Origin: Felis catus
Lineage: Eukaryota
DNA length: 64,000 bases
Assembly (NCBI RefSeq): GCF_018350175.1
Contig: NC_058368.1
Location: 165,976,001-166,040,000, forward strand
Direction: 5' to 3'
Of this stretch, positions 26,062 through 38,777 are shown in pieces (positions within the stretch are counted from its first letter, which is position 1; the number at the start of each line of letters is the position of its first letter). Both the position numbers and the translations under genes were made by a program. The notes below the pieces were generated by a model. It ran no database searches, was not told where the DNA came from, and worked only from the letters and a program-made list of their open reading frames with translations.

Positions 26062-27477
26062 AGCAGAGTATTAAGACCTCAGAAGTAAGAAACTGTGAAG
26101 CCTAATTATTAATGCCTCCCAAAAACCATTACCTTTCAGTGAATTGTCATACTGTAGGACTAAACAGGAACTCATTGACTATTAAGTGTTAAGTATAGAT
26201 TACCTATGAAGAAGCTGAGGCCTAGAAAGCAGAATTTGTTCTAAAAAGCTAATTTTCTTTATTACCTATCCAGTTATGTTTCTATTCGACCAAAGGCAGT
26301 GGCAGAGTTTTAATGAGTTTACTGTGGGAGCAACTGCTCTGTGGAAGAGTGGGGATGCAGAGGAAGCTGGAAAACATAGTCATGGATAATAGCTTAGACT
26401 TTTTAATATTACATTAAACAAAATATATTCATTCCCTTGAATCCCAATGATCACCATATTTATAGCAGTAATGTTAAGTGATTTTTATTTCAACACACGT
26501 TTGGACAATTAATATTGGTTGCAGGGAACATTACGTTAAAGGAGGATTCTGAAAAAGTGCCATGAATGCTTAGCCAAACTGGAACTAAGCAGAGGAGGAA
26601 ATGATATTTTTCTCATATCTAGCTTAAATACAATTTTAAGATGATAAAAATAATTGCTTTTAATATTGACATACGCAATAAATCAATGTATTGTACTGAT
26701 GACTAATGTCTTAGTCACTGACAAAAGTAATCATAGTATATGTATTACAATCATTTGGGTCATACTATGTGTATATTAAATGCCACTCCATGAGGATACC
26801 AATTAAAGTGTGGGTTTTAAATGCTTAGAGACATGAGTGAGATGAATTCAATCTGATTTCTCTGAACCAAAACACCATAGGAAACAGAACTGAGAGCTAA
26901 CCACAAATTTAGGAAACCATCATGGAGGACAATAGTGGTGCAGAGGAATACTTAGATTTACCAATTGGTCTTTAAAACTTTCCTATATGTTCAGTTTAAC
27001 TTACACTTAAAGCACAAAAGTCAAGAATAGGATGGAAAACATTTTCAAATATAATTTTCCAGGTTCTCACAAGTCCTTAAAAATGAACATTTTTTTTCCA
27101 TATTTCAATAAATGGTTAGGTAGTCATTTGAACACGATGTAAATATTATGGGTAGGAAAGAGGTTTGGGGTAACTATATCTGAATTGGTGTTATAAATAA
27201 CATGTTTAGTTTGAAGAAGTTTAGTATATATGGCTAACTAGCTACTTCCTTGGTATAGGTAAGCCTTACATCATTTTTATATGAAATAGATGGAAAATAA
27301 TGAAAGAGTCAACTATAATTTGTGTAAGTTGGTTTCTATTTCTGATAATGTATTTTTCCTAAATTAGTCACACTAATTACTTTCATTCCCTTAGGTTTAA
27401 ATCTCTGTTGATTTGTCTTTATTTTATATCTAAAATAGAAAGATTTCCTCTTAAATTATAATAAGGAAAACTTATTA

Positions 27478-27680
27478 GGGGCACCTGGGTGGCTCAGTCA
27501 GTTCATCATTCGACTCTTCATTTCAGCTTAGGTCATCATCTCACAGTTGTGAGATCAAGTTCTATGTTGGGCTCCATGCTGGGTGTGGAGCCTGCTTAAG
27601 ATTCTTTCTCTCCCTTTCTCTCTGCCCGTACTCCATTCACACATGTACACTCTCTCTCAAAAAAAAAAGGGGGGGGGGAG
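27478..27680 (+). mobile_element. Older Can-SINE
   Basis: ggggcacctgggtggctcagtc head; A tail followed by G10; TSD AAAACTTAT. Confidence 0.92.
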
Positions 27681-29656
27681 AAAAACTTATCATAAAACAT
27701 CATTTTGAAAGAAACAAAAGTCACTATGGTAGTTAAACAGACTGTTCCAATAAGATTTCCTTAGTTCTAATACTTATTTCTAATCATTATATAGCTATTC
27801 TTATAGGATCTTTTCAAATTTAATTTTTAAAGCACAGCTCCTGAAGAAGAATATATCCAAACTAAATCTTTACATAATGGCCGATTTCTTTAATAGATTC
27901 TATTTGATACAGATTCCAAAAAGCTACCTTCATTTCTTTTGGATCCTACTTCATACTAGGTGTCAACCACTGCAGTGTGCTGGTAGTTTCAGTGGTGTCC
28001 CTAATCTATTCCATATTTTCCAAAGATTCCTAAAATGTTTCCCCATGTGAACATGAAGATTAGTATAATATTAGTATTTTTGTTTTATTTCCTCAAGATG
28101 AAACAAAAGCTCTGTACCTTGCAGCTGGCTCAGCCCTCTAGATAAATGACTCTTTCTTGCCTGCCAACCTGTACATACTCATTAAGCTTAGAATGTGGGG
28201 TCAATTTAGCCCATACAAAAGAAAAAAGGTTAGTGAAGAAGAAAAAAGAGAAAAGTATGTCATGGATAGGGTACAAAAATGCTGTCTTTGGCAGGCAAAG
28301 GAGTAAATGGAGCTCAGCTGCTAGAACAAAAGGTATCATTCAAAGTGAAATTACTGTATCTTAACCCCAGGCACACTTTGATGAGGACTTTTGCTACCTA
28401 AATTGAGAAGAGGGAAAGCAAGTATTGAGAAGCAGTTACTCAAGGTCAGACTAACAAATGGTATGCATGAGCATACACTTTATCACATGGAAATGTTTCT
28501 TTAATAAATTAATTAACAGGAGAAAATGAGGAAGTGGCACCAATTCCATAGAGTATTTTGAATTTTTTGTTGTTAGTTTTGTTAATAAAAACATGTCTCT
28601 GATAATCTGAGAAGAGGGGAAAACACATAAAAGTTGAACCTAGTGTTTATTTTATTTAAGGTTATAGGTTTCTTTTTCCACAAGTGTGTGAGAGAGTACA
28701 AATAAGAAATGGCCAGGGGCCCCCAGCAGCCCTTGCCAATTTTAAAATCACTGATGCATAAGGAAACTTCTAGAAGTACATTTTTCTAAGTGATGTATAT
28801 CAGCTTCCAATCTGCTAAAATACAACATAGAAGGAGAGAAAGCAAGATAGATGATTGTCATTTAAGGGAAATATAAAAATAATACGTATCCAAAATAAGT
28901 GATTCTCTTGGGTACTTGCAAAGTCACTGATTCTGGAATAATAATTAAATAAATAGCAGAAATCTAATTGTGCTTTATTCTAAGTTGACAATACAGGAAA
29001 AGAAGGAGTGGTAAATTGTGTTTCTCATGTCTTTTTACTCCAGCCACTTAAACTACTCACCAGTAAATATTTGTTTTACAGAAATGTTAGAAGTCACTAA
29101 AACTCTCTTCTGAAAGATGGTGGAGAATGGATAAGCTACTGTTCTGTAAAGGAGCGTCTGGGTTAATATAAGTAGTGCATGACAACTAGCTGAATGATAA
29201 GCTTTTACTAACAATCACCATCTAGTGTCCCTAAAGGTGTGAGAAATTAAACTAAATGGCCATATAAAGTATACTTAGGCAACCAGTGTTCATTTTGGGA
29301 GATTACTTCCACGCCTAAGAGAGGGTGCTTCTCTGTGAAACATTTCAAAACCTATGGCTTATTCCTGTTGCCTACATACCTACACATGGAAGAGTCAAGA
29401 GAATGCCCAGATGAGGCAATATTTTGTCAGCTTTATCTGGCAGAAAATTAGGAAAATGAAATGTGAAGTGTGGGTTTCAGGATTATATAATTTGGATTAC
29501 TTAGCAAGCAATCTGAACCATGCACAAAAAAAAAACAGGATAGAATAAAGGTTTGAGTGATTTATGGTCCAAAAGGACATACTGACTGCATTCATTCACC
29601 ACCTCTCATTCAGTCTTTATTAAAATTAGAATGTTTGAGGTTTAACTTAAATTTCT

Positions 29657-29875
29657 TTTTTTTTAAGATTTTTAAAGTTTATTTATTTTGAGAGGGGGGA
29701 CGGAGAGAGAGCATGTGTGAATGGGGAAGGGGCAGAGAGAGAGGGAGAGAGAGAATCCCAAGCAGGCTCCATACTCAGCACAGAACCCGACACAGGGCTC
29801 GATCTCACAACCATGAGAACCTGACCTGAGTTGAAGCCAAGAGTCATTTAACTGATTGAGCCACCAGGTGCCCTC
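29657..29875 (-). mobile_element. Can-SINE
   Basis: TSD CTTAAATTTCT (29646-29656 / 29879-29889). Confidence 0.92.
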
Positions 29876-30299
29876 TATCTTAAATTTCTATCTTAATATT
29901 TATCGGTTATACTTCTGCTTTAGGGCAACCCGCAGCATTCATTAACCATGTTTTATAAACTATTTCCAGTGATGGATTTCTAGGTTATCTTCAGAGCCTC
30001 ACTTCTACAAAATAAACACCATAATGTAAATCTTTTTCCATATCAACTTAATTTCTGAAATTGTTGTGTGACTTGACTTCCTTTCTGTTAGCAATGTAAC
30101 AGTCCACATGTTCAGTCTTTCCCCACTCCATAAGAACAACTAGTTGGCTTCCCATTCCTGAGGGAATCCTAATGGGAAACACACCAATTTGAAAAAAACA
30201 GCTGAGGAAATCCACACAAGCCACCTAGAAAAATCAATATAATTCTTCATTCTTAACTACTCTGGCAAGATCCCATATTCTTAATGGTCCAACAAGAAT

Positions 30300-31260
30300 C
30301 ACCACACTTTAGGGAAACACATAGTAATGAAGGAGAAAGATTGCAAATAAAAAAAAAGCCCTGATGGTTGATGAAACAAGAGACCTTTAAGAAGAGAACT
30401 TTAAAAAGACTGTGATACATAACCTCAGTGTAATTTTGAGAAGATGAAAAGGATGCTAGAAGAAAAGTCTATTTAAAGAAGAAATAGACTTTGGAAATTA
30501 GAAGTGTAATTGTTAAAATAAATTCAATAAAAATCTCTGACACATGTTAAAAACATTTAAGAACACAGATGAAATAAACAACAATATAAATGTATTATTT
30601 ATGTAAAATACAGATTTTAAGTGCCTTTTCAGCAATTTTGGTTTCCAACAGAACATGCAAAACCAAAAAATTAAAGGTCATATGTTTTGAAATAAAAAAT
30701 AGAATATATTGTTTTAGAATGAATAACATATGTAAGTTTTATATTGTAAAGGTCTACAAGATCTACGTGAGGATTAAAGAGGAAGTCATACCCCCAGATA
30801 TTTGAATTAATACTTTAAACATTCAAAATCAAAAGGAATATTCACAGGTATTTAAAATCTTGAAGCACTTTTGTACAAAGACTGGTTTTCTTCTATGTGA
30901 ACACATCAGAAAATAAGATGCAGACCAATGTGATAAAATTTCAGTGATTCAGACTTAGCTTCCCTTGTTTCCCACTCTACATAGAAAGAAAGAAGAATAA
31001 AGTCAAAGAACTTAAGTCTGATGGCTGCTAATGTGATAAAATAGTTAAGGGAAATAAACAAAGAATGGAAAATAGCTTTGAAAAAGTGGGCATCAAAAAA
31101 AAAATTAAAAAAAAAAAAAGAAAAAGTGGGCATCAAAATATAATGTCTTTACTACTTAGTCCATTTAATGACTGTCTGTGTTGATACTCATACTTGACTG
31201 TATGTTAATTATTAGTATGTATGCTGTTAAAATATTAAGTAGCTTATGAAAAAAAAACAT
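30300..31260 (+). mobile_element. Possible very old L1/HAL1 ORF1-region relic
   Basis: A-rich, with ttggaaattagaagtgtaattgttaaaataaattcaata resembling L1 ORF1 coiled-coil sequence; weak. Confidence 0.35.
31095..31119 (+). mobile_element. Tail-only (poly-A) retroposon insertion with TSD
   Basis: A10-TT-A13 flanked by exact GAAAAAGTGGGCATC (31080-31094 / 31120-31134). Confidence 0.75.
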
Positions 31261-31289
31261 TATGGAAAGTTTTTTAAATATTTCAAATA

Positions 31290-31500
31290 GGGGCACCCGG
31301 GTGGCTCAGTCAGTTGAGCGTCGGAACTTCAGTTCAGGTCATGATCTCACAGTATGTGGGTTCGAGCCCCGCGTTGGCTCTGTGCTGACAGCTCAGAGCC
31401 TGGAGCCTGCCTCTGATTCTGTGTCCCCCTCTCTCTCTGTCCCTTCCCTGCTCATGCTCTGTCTCTGTCTCTCAAAAATGAATAAACGTTAAAAAAATTT
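31290..31500 (+). mobile_element. Can-SINE (felid SINEC)
   Basis: Typical head, body and tail. Confidence 0.95.
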
Positions 31501-31567
31501 AAAAATTGCAAACAGACATATTTTGTATTTTGATCACTATTTGCCAAGTACAAAAATAACAAGAATT

Positions 31568-31770
31568 GGGGCACCTGGGTGACTCAGTTGGTTAAGTGTC
31601 CAACTTCGGCTCAGATCATGATCTTGAAGTTCATGAGTTCGAGCCCCATGTCCGGCTCTGTGATGACAGCTCCGATCCGGGAGCCTGCTTTGGATTCTGT
31701 GTCTCCCTCTCTCTCTGTTCCTCCCCCACTTGCTCTCGTTCTCTCTCTCTCAAAAGTAAAATAAAAGATT
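31568..31770 (+). mobile_element. Can-SINE (felid SINEC)
   Basis: Typical head and body; near-TSD AAAAATAACAA(A)GAAT. Confidence 0.95.
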
Positions 31771-33254
31771 AAAAAATAACAAAGAATAACTATTACTATG
31801 ATAAGAAATTTGTTTTGGGGTTCATATGTATTCTAGATAAAAATTAATGGAAATATTCTGATTTTAGAGAACACATAAGCAACTTTTTCTTGTTTTTCCT
31901 TCTGTCCTCCTGTAGCATTTTGTTCTAAGATAAAGAAAACAAAATCTATGATTTCTTTTAGCAGACTTATTTTTCATACTCCAGATTATTTAATCTGTTA
32001 CAGAGGCAATAGAAAGTTTCGGTAAAAAGCATAACAGATGTGATTTCACCATAAGAAAATAAGCATTTAAACGATAAGATGTGATATATGTTGGGAAGAA
32101 AATATTAAACCAATGAAAAGAAAATCATCTGTATTTATGATAACTTAAACTAAATTCTATGAATATCATGGGAGTCAAAAAGAAAGTATCTTACCTTACT
32201 TGTTGCCTGGCACTGCCTGAATCAATTGTTCAAAATCAAAATTAAAGAAGCAAAACCAGAAAGATAAAGGCTGGATTTTCTCCTTGCTTCACCAAATTAT
32301 GGTCATAAATATTACATCAACAGAGAGGAATTTATGGTTTCTCAAAGAAGCCTTAAGCAACTGCATATGGCTCTCAGTCCATGAATATCTCCCAATGGTC
32401 TTACAAATAACCTCAAAAAACTTACAAATTTTTGTGAACAAAAATGCTTATCAATTAGTAAAGTTCCAACTTTTAAAGGAAAAACACCATTGTCACCTAT
32501 TATTTCCCTTTTGAATATTAGGGAAAAAAGAATAAAGGGAGTTTGACACAGGAATTCTATAGATAGTTTTCTGTTTCAATTGTTTGAGTGGACATTCTTA
32601 TTAAATGATTACCTTTTTTTTCTTTTTCTTTTCTTTTTTCTTTCTTTTTTTTTAATATGACAAACATTCCAGCTACACTTGCCGAGATGCTGGACGCCTC
32701 GCTATGGTTAAATAAAAAAGATCGGAAAGCTTCTGATGATGTAGCAGATTTGCTTATTACTTTCAGCTAATTCAATCCATCTGGGGTAAAAACATACCAG
32801 TGTGAATTTACATAGCCAATAAGTTTCCTGTTTTATATGTTGTGACAAAACAATGTTCCAGCATGCTGGTCTTCCATGTGAAAAGGAATCATCTTATCTG
32901 CCTACAGCAAATACAATCTCACAGAGCATCTTTCAAGTAAACTAAACTACGCAGATATGGAGCCTGGTCCTTCTTTTGGATTTTAAGTCTGATTTCATTT
33001 GTTTTGAGTTCAAAGAATCTGAAAGAGTCTTTGTTTTCATGAATGGCTAGAGTTAATGTATTTATGTTCTGTCTTCCTTATATGAATCATCTTTGAAGCA
33101 ATATTGATTCAAACATCAGGATTTTTTCTTCCTTTTATTTTTCATCAACCATTTAAATATTATCTATCCTCTGAAGTTTTGCTTATCCCTTGTAGAGTTA
33201 GCTCATAGTTTTGTTTTTTGCTGAAACTGCTCTTTATGTCATCAGGAATAATAA

Positions 33255-33600
33255 GTAAGCATAAATCATGTGCCATTCTTTGAGGATTCAAAATTACTTC
33301 TGCCTGTAAGGAGTTTTTATTTAGTTGCAGAGAAGGGACAGACACCAGATGATAAATATTATAAGGTAGCAAAGTCTATGAAGATTGAGGAAGTTATACC
33401 CAAAGACTGAGGCATTCAGGGAGGCTTCCACTAAAGGACAGTATTTAAGGTAGTTCTTGAAATGGGCTGGGAAAGTAAGAAGGGCTCAAAAAAAAAAAAA
33501 AAAAGAATCTCTAAGATGAAGATTTGCATGGTATGCTGATGAAGCTATCTAAACCAGAGGGTTTATGAAGGATCACAGAGAAGCAGACTTGAGTTAAGTG
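33255..33600 (-). mobile_element. L2 relic
   Basis: ctgcctgtaaggagttt...attcagggaggcttcc...cttgaa antisense L2 motifs. Confidence 0.55.
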
Positions 33601-34669
33601 AGGCTGAAACAATTACTTCATAGAGTCTTGGGAGACTTGGGTGGGAAAAGCCCGAAATACAAACATATATATTTCATGATTATTTCAGAATACTTTCTCC
33701 TTTGTCCTACTTGGTTGAGCATCAAATGATATATTCAAGAAATAGCCAAGCATTTATACCTTGTGTGTTCAATATTTTTATGTTTATTGAATAATCTCTT
33801 AATTTTATAATAATTGATTTTCTGAGTGATACTTTGATGTTTTTACATTTAATTTTAATAAAATGTTTTTCTACTGGAAAAATGCATTCATATCCATTAT
33901 TTATTATAAATTATAAAACCTTTCTAGTTTGTTTTGAGATGAAAAGATACACCCACTTTTTATTTATTTGTCTTACTTTTCAGTTTAAAATGGAACACAC
34001 TTTCATATTTTAATGTTATTTTGTTAAGAAGCTGGAAAAACTCTAATCGTTCCTCTAAATTTTAAATATAATCATAGAAAATTATTTTTAAAGTATTAAA
34101 TATTTGAAAACTTAAACACATAATATACCAAAAAGTCAGAAATGTATGAGCAGCTTAAAATTAAGAGTCACTAGGCATATATGTCTAGTCTTTATACTTT
34201 AAGTAATGTTCTTCCTAAGTTACCGTAAGATCTAAATATTAATAATAACAGCTGTACTCGTTGAGATCTGATATGTAAATTTCCAAAAGGACCAAACAGT
34301 AATGTCAAGAACAAACAAACCCAGTAATGACAAAGAGGAGCTACCTATAATATGGAACCAAGAAGACTGCAGTAGTCGCAGGGAAAAGAAAAATATGCAA
34401 TAAAATATCTTGTAAATTAATTTTGAGTTCAAAAGATTCTGCCAGGTAAAATGTCTTCCTAAATGAGCAAACGGAAATGCTTACAGTTCTGAGTCCTATA
34501 TTCAAATTTAATTTATTAATAATGATGAAAATTGTTATGATAATGATAACGGCATTGAAGTAGTAAGGATTTGACATTCATGGAATTTTTGAAAATTTTA
34601 TTGATTTACAGAAGGAAAGATTTTAATGTCCTATTCAGAAAAAGAATATCAGATAGGTGAGAGGAGGAA

Positions 34670-34850
34670 AATAACAATTATTGACTACCAATATATGCCA
34701 TATTCATTATATAGATTATTTAATTCACTCAACAACAGTATACAGTTACTGATGCAATTCCAATCAGGGTATTTGCCTAAGTTCACACATCTGGGTAAGA
34801 GAGGAAATAAGGAATCAAAATCTGCTGCCTAACCTTAATATTCATATTGA
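34670..34850 (-). mobile_element. MIR relic
   Basis: ttattgactacc...atttaattcactcaacaac...ttgcctaagttcacacatct. Confidence 0.6.
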
Positions 34851-34976
34851 TTTTACTCAAATAAAACACTTCTATGCAGAGGCCATCTCTCAGATGTTAC
34901 CTAGCTTCTGGACAGAGTAGGCTCTGAAAATGATTCAAATATAGTAATATTAATAATAAAATTATTCTGTAATATT

Positions 34977-35510
34977 GTAGCACAGACCAAGGCAAAGACT
35001 GAAATTTCCATAACCAATATCCCTTTTTTTCCTTCTCACCTACGAAAATCATCCTAATCTCATCAAGGAGAATAAGCCTGCATTTTACAATTTGCCTTGT
35101 AGATTGTAGTACTCATATTACACAATTCTAGTTAATAGGATATAAAGGGAAGTTGTTGACTGTACCTTTGGTGAAATCTCCTTAAAGTGAATCAGTGAAG
35201 GAATGGAGCATGGTTGAAACCATGGTGTGTAATGTTTATTCTCTGCTCTTCTAGTCAGGAAATCTGACTTAATGGCAAGACGTGGGAAACATTCTTGGAA
35301 CTACGAGTCAATTTTTCACAAGTAAGAAATAAGTGATTAAAATTTCAAAGGATCCTAGATTCCTGATGGTATTATGGAGTCCTCACCAGTTCCAGCTATG
35401 TTTTACCAAATTTTGCACGACAAGGCAAAAAAAATACATTAAATGTTCAAGCCCATATTTTTTCAGATTTTGCAACTTATATCCTAAAACAAAACCCTAA
35501 ATTACTAATC
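34977..35510 (+). mobile_element. Old MaLR LTR (MLT1-like)
   Basis: tgtag start, ctgcattt...ccttgtagatt, cctagattcctgatg, gttcaagcc and cctaa motifs of MLT1J/K. Confidence 0.55.
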
Positions 35511-35622
35511 TACAATAAATCCACATGCCAATATACACAAAATGCTATCTCTTATCATTGTGTCTATGTGTTATAAAATATCCAGACAAAAATTTAAGAA
35601 AAAAAAAAAAAAGGCCATTCAA

Positions 35623-35782
35623 GGGGCTCCTGGGTGGCTTAGTCAGTTAAGCATATGACTTTGGCTCAGGTCATGATTTCATGGTTCAAGGGTTTGGGCC
35701 CCACATCAGGATCTGTGCTGACAGCTCAGAGCCTGGAGCCTGCTTTGGATTCTGGGTCTCCCTCTCTCTGCCTCTCCGCCAC

Positions 35783-35825
<43 letters not shown>

Positions 35826-35846
35826 AATAATAAACATTAAAAAAAA
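35623..35846 (+). mobile_element. Can-SINE
   Basis: ggggctcctgggtggcttagtcagttaag head, (CT)n, tail. Confidence 0.93.
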
Positions 35847-36384
35847 GACCATCTTTTTTTCTCTTTTAATTTTGTAAAGACACACACAAAGACTGGATAT
35901 CTATCATGTAATTAATCCTTGCTTCAGAATGAAACTATGCTAAAAGAAAGAAAATGCCATTTATAGAAAATTTACTTAACTTATAACAATCAAAAAATTA
36001 CAGGAATAAAACATATTTGGGCCCTAAGTGATCTAATTTATTCTATCACCCTACAATGTCTATGAATCAGGTACAACTGGGTACAGACACTATAAAAGTA
36101 AAATGTTATGGTATCTCAACTTTCTGCAATAAACTTTTATGGGGAATAAGAGTAAACAGTCTATGAAATTCCAAGCCAAAATATTACCATATAAATAGGA
36201 ATATCAATATTTTATACTAAAATAGTATGCAGGTACCATTTATTTAGCATTACAGTCTTTACAGTGTTGGCAGCATTCTAATTTACATCTTCAATTATCA
36301 GTTACTAATTTTACAGTTACAGAGGTATTTTGGTCAATTATTTTTTTTTCTTATACCTATTGCAGTTTTTGTTATATGAATACT

Positions 36385-36599
36385 TTTTTTTCACATTTTT
36401 AAATTTCAGTATTGTTAACATACATACTATATTACTTTCAGGTGTACAATAGAGTGATCCAACAATTCCATACGTTATTCAGAGGTCATTATGATAATTG
36501 TATTTTTTAAATCACACCACCTATTTCACCCACCTACCCTGCCTACCTCCTCTCTGGTAACCAGTTTCTTCTACATAGCTGAGTCTGTTTCTTGGTTTG

Positions 36600-36632
<33 letters not shown>

Positions 36633-38124
36633 CCTTTGCTCATTTGATTTGCTTCATAAATTCCACATATGAGTGAAATCATATGGTATTTTTCTTTTTC
36701 TGACTTATTTCATTAGCATTACACTAGCCCCATCCATATTGTTGCAAATGGCAAGATTTCATTTTTTATGACTGAATAATATTCCATATATTATATATAT
36801 ATTTTTATATATAATATGATATATATATGTGTGTGTATATATATATATATATATAATATATATCTCCACGCCTTCTTTAACCATTCATCTATCGATAGAC
36901 ACTTGGGCTGCTGCCATAATTTGGCTATTGCAAGTAATGCTGCAATAAACATCAGGGTACATGCGTTCCTTTGAATCAGTGTGTTTGCATTTTGGGGGTA
37001 AATACCCAGTAGTGCAATTATTGGATCTTAGGGTATTTATTCTATTTTTAACTTTTTCAGGAACATCCATTATATTTTCCAGAGTGGCTGCAACAGTTTG
37101 CATTCTTACCAACTTTACACCAGGGTACCTTTTTATCCACATTCTTGCCAACACCTGTTGTTTTTGTGTTGAGGATTTTAGCCATACTGACATGTGTGAG
37201 GTGATCTCTCAATGTCGTTTTGATTTGAATTTGCCTGATGATGAGTGATGTTGAGCATCTTTATTTTTTGAGTTTATTTATTTTGAGAGAGAGAGAGAAA
37301 AAGAGAGGGGCAGAGAGAGACGGAGAGAGGTCAGGCTTGGTGCTGTCAGTGTGCAGATAGGGCTCCATCTCACAAACCATGAGATCATAACCTGAGCTGA
37401 AATCAAGAGTTGGAAGCTTAACCGACTGAGCCACCAGGTGCCCCTGAGCATCTTTCATGTGTCTGTTGGTCATCTGGATGTCTTCTTTGGAGAAATGTCT
37501 GTTTATGTCTTCTGCCCATGTTTTAAATGGATTACTTGATTTGGGAGTGTTGAGTTGTATCAGTTCTATATATGTTTTGGATACTCTTTATCAAATATGT
37601 CATTTGCAAATATATTTTCCCACTCAGTAGATTACTTTTTAGTTTTGATTGTTTCCTTTGCTGTGCAGAAACTTTTTATTTTGATGTAGTCCCAACAGTT
37701 TATTTTTGTTTTTATTTCCCTTGCCTCAGGAGACATATCAAGAAAAATGTTACTACTGCCAACGTCAGAGAAATTACTGCCTATGTTCTCTTCTAGGATT
37801 TTTATGGTTTCAGGTCTCACATTTATTTCTTTAATCTATTTTGAGTTTATTTTTGTGTATGGTGAAAGAAAATGGTCCAGTTTCTTTCTTTTGCATATAG
37901 TTGACTAGTTTTCCTTACACCATGTGTTGAAGAGACTGTCTTTTTCCCATTGGATATTCTTTACTGCTTTGTCAAAGATGAACTGATCTTTTAAGTTTGG
38001 GTTTATTTTGGAGCTTTCTATTCTGTTCCATTGATCTATGTTCCTAGTTCTGGTCAGTACCATGTTGTTTTGATCACTATAGCTCTGTAATGTCACTTGG
38101 TGTCTGGAATTGTGATGCCACCAC
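36385..38124 (-). mobile_element. 5'-truncated carnivore L1 with nested SINE and (TA)n
   Basis: Antisense ORFs give [11 protein letters not shown] and [19 protein letters not shown]2 motifs; 3' UTR with T-rich tail; (TA)-rich tract 36785-36862. Confidence 0.95.
37263..37444 (-). mobile_element. Can-SINE nested in L1
   Basis: TSD TGAGCATCTTT (37252-37262 / 37445-37455). Confidence 0.93.
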
Positions 38125-38636
38125 AATCAAGATCTTCCTTTCCTAAGGATTACATCTAAACACTAAAGGAGTACTTTGACAGAGAAATGAAATGGCATGC
38201 CATTGAATGGAGGAAAGAACTGAAAGGGAGACCCATAACCTAACTTTTTAAAATTAATATATAGTGTCAAGCCACTATATCTTTAAACATAGATAAACAG
38301 AATATTATTCAAAGGTATTCATCCTTCCATCCTCTTTACAAAACCAAGTTAATGTAGACCAACATGTGTTTTCTTCCAGTTTTACACTCATTTCCTTAGT
38401 GAAGTACCAGGTAGTTAGCTGGATGCCACTGATTATTTATGTTAGATATTTTCATTTCTTCTCTTATTTACTAGTTATTTTAAACACATCCAGATGATTA
38501 AACTTAACATTGTAGTTAAAGTAAAATATTTTATGTAAAATTAATCTTTTTCTTTAATTCACATATAGACACAGAGAAATTACATATTCTTTCTTACATT
38601 TACTTATATAATACTTGCCTATATGAGGCAAAAGTT

Positions 38637-38741
38637 TATATATATATATAAATACACACACACATATATATGTGCATGTGCGTATAAATATATACACATG
38701 TATATATGTATATATATACATACACGTATATATATATATAC

Positions 38742-38776
<35 letters not shown>

Positions 38777-38777
38777 G
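38637..38777. repeat. Compound (TA)n/(CA)n/(TG)n microsatellite
   Basis: Direct reading; near-continuous alternating purine-pyrimidine. Confidence 0.95.

Noticed and set aside
32733..32790. TGATGA box C-like motif suggesting a C/D snoRNA
   Set aside because: No box D (CTGA) at a suitable distance and no terminal stem.
34232..34432. Hydrophobic minus-strand ORF and opposite-strand short ORF MSRTNKPSNDKEELPIIW
   Set aside because: No recognisable family and no convincing paired splice sites.
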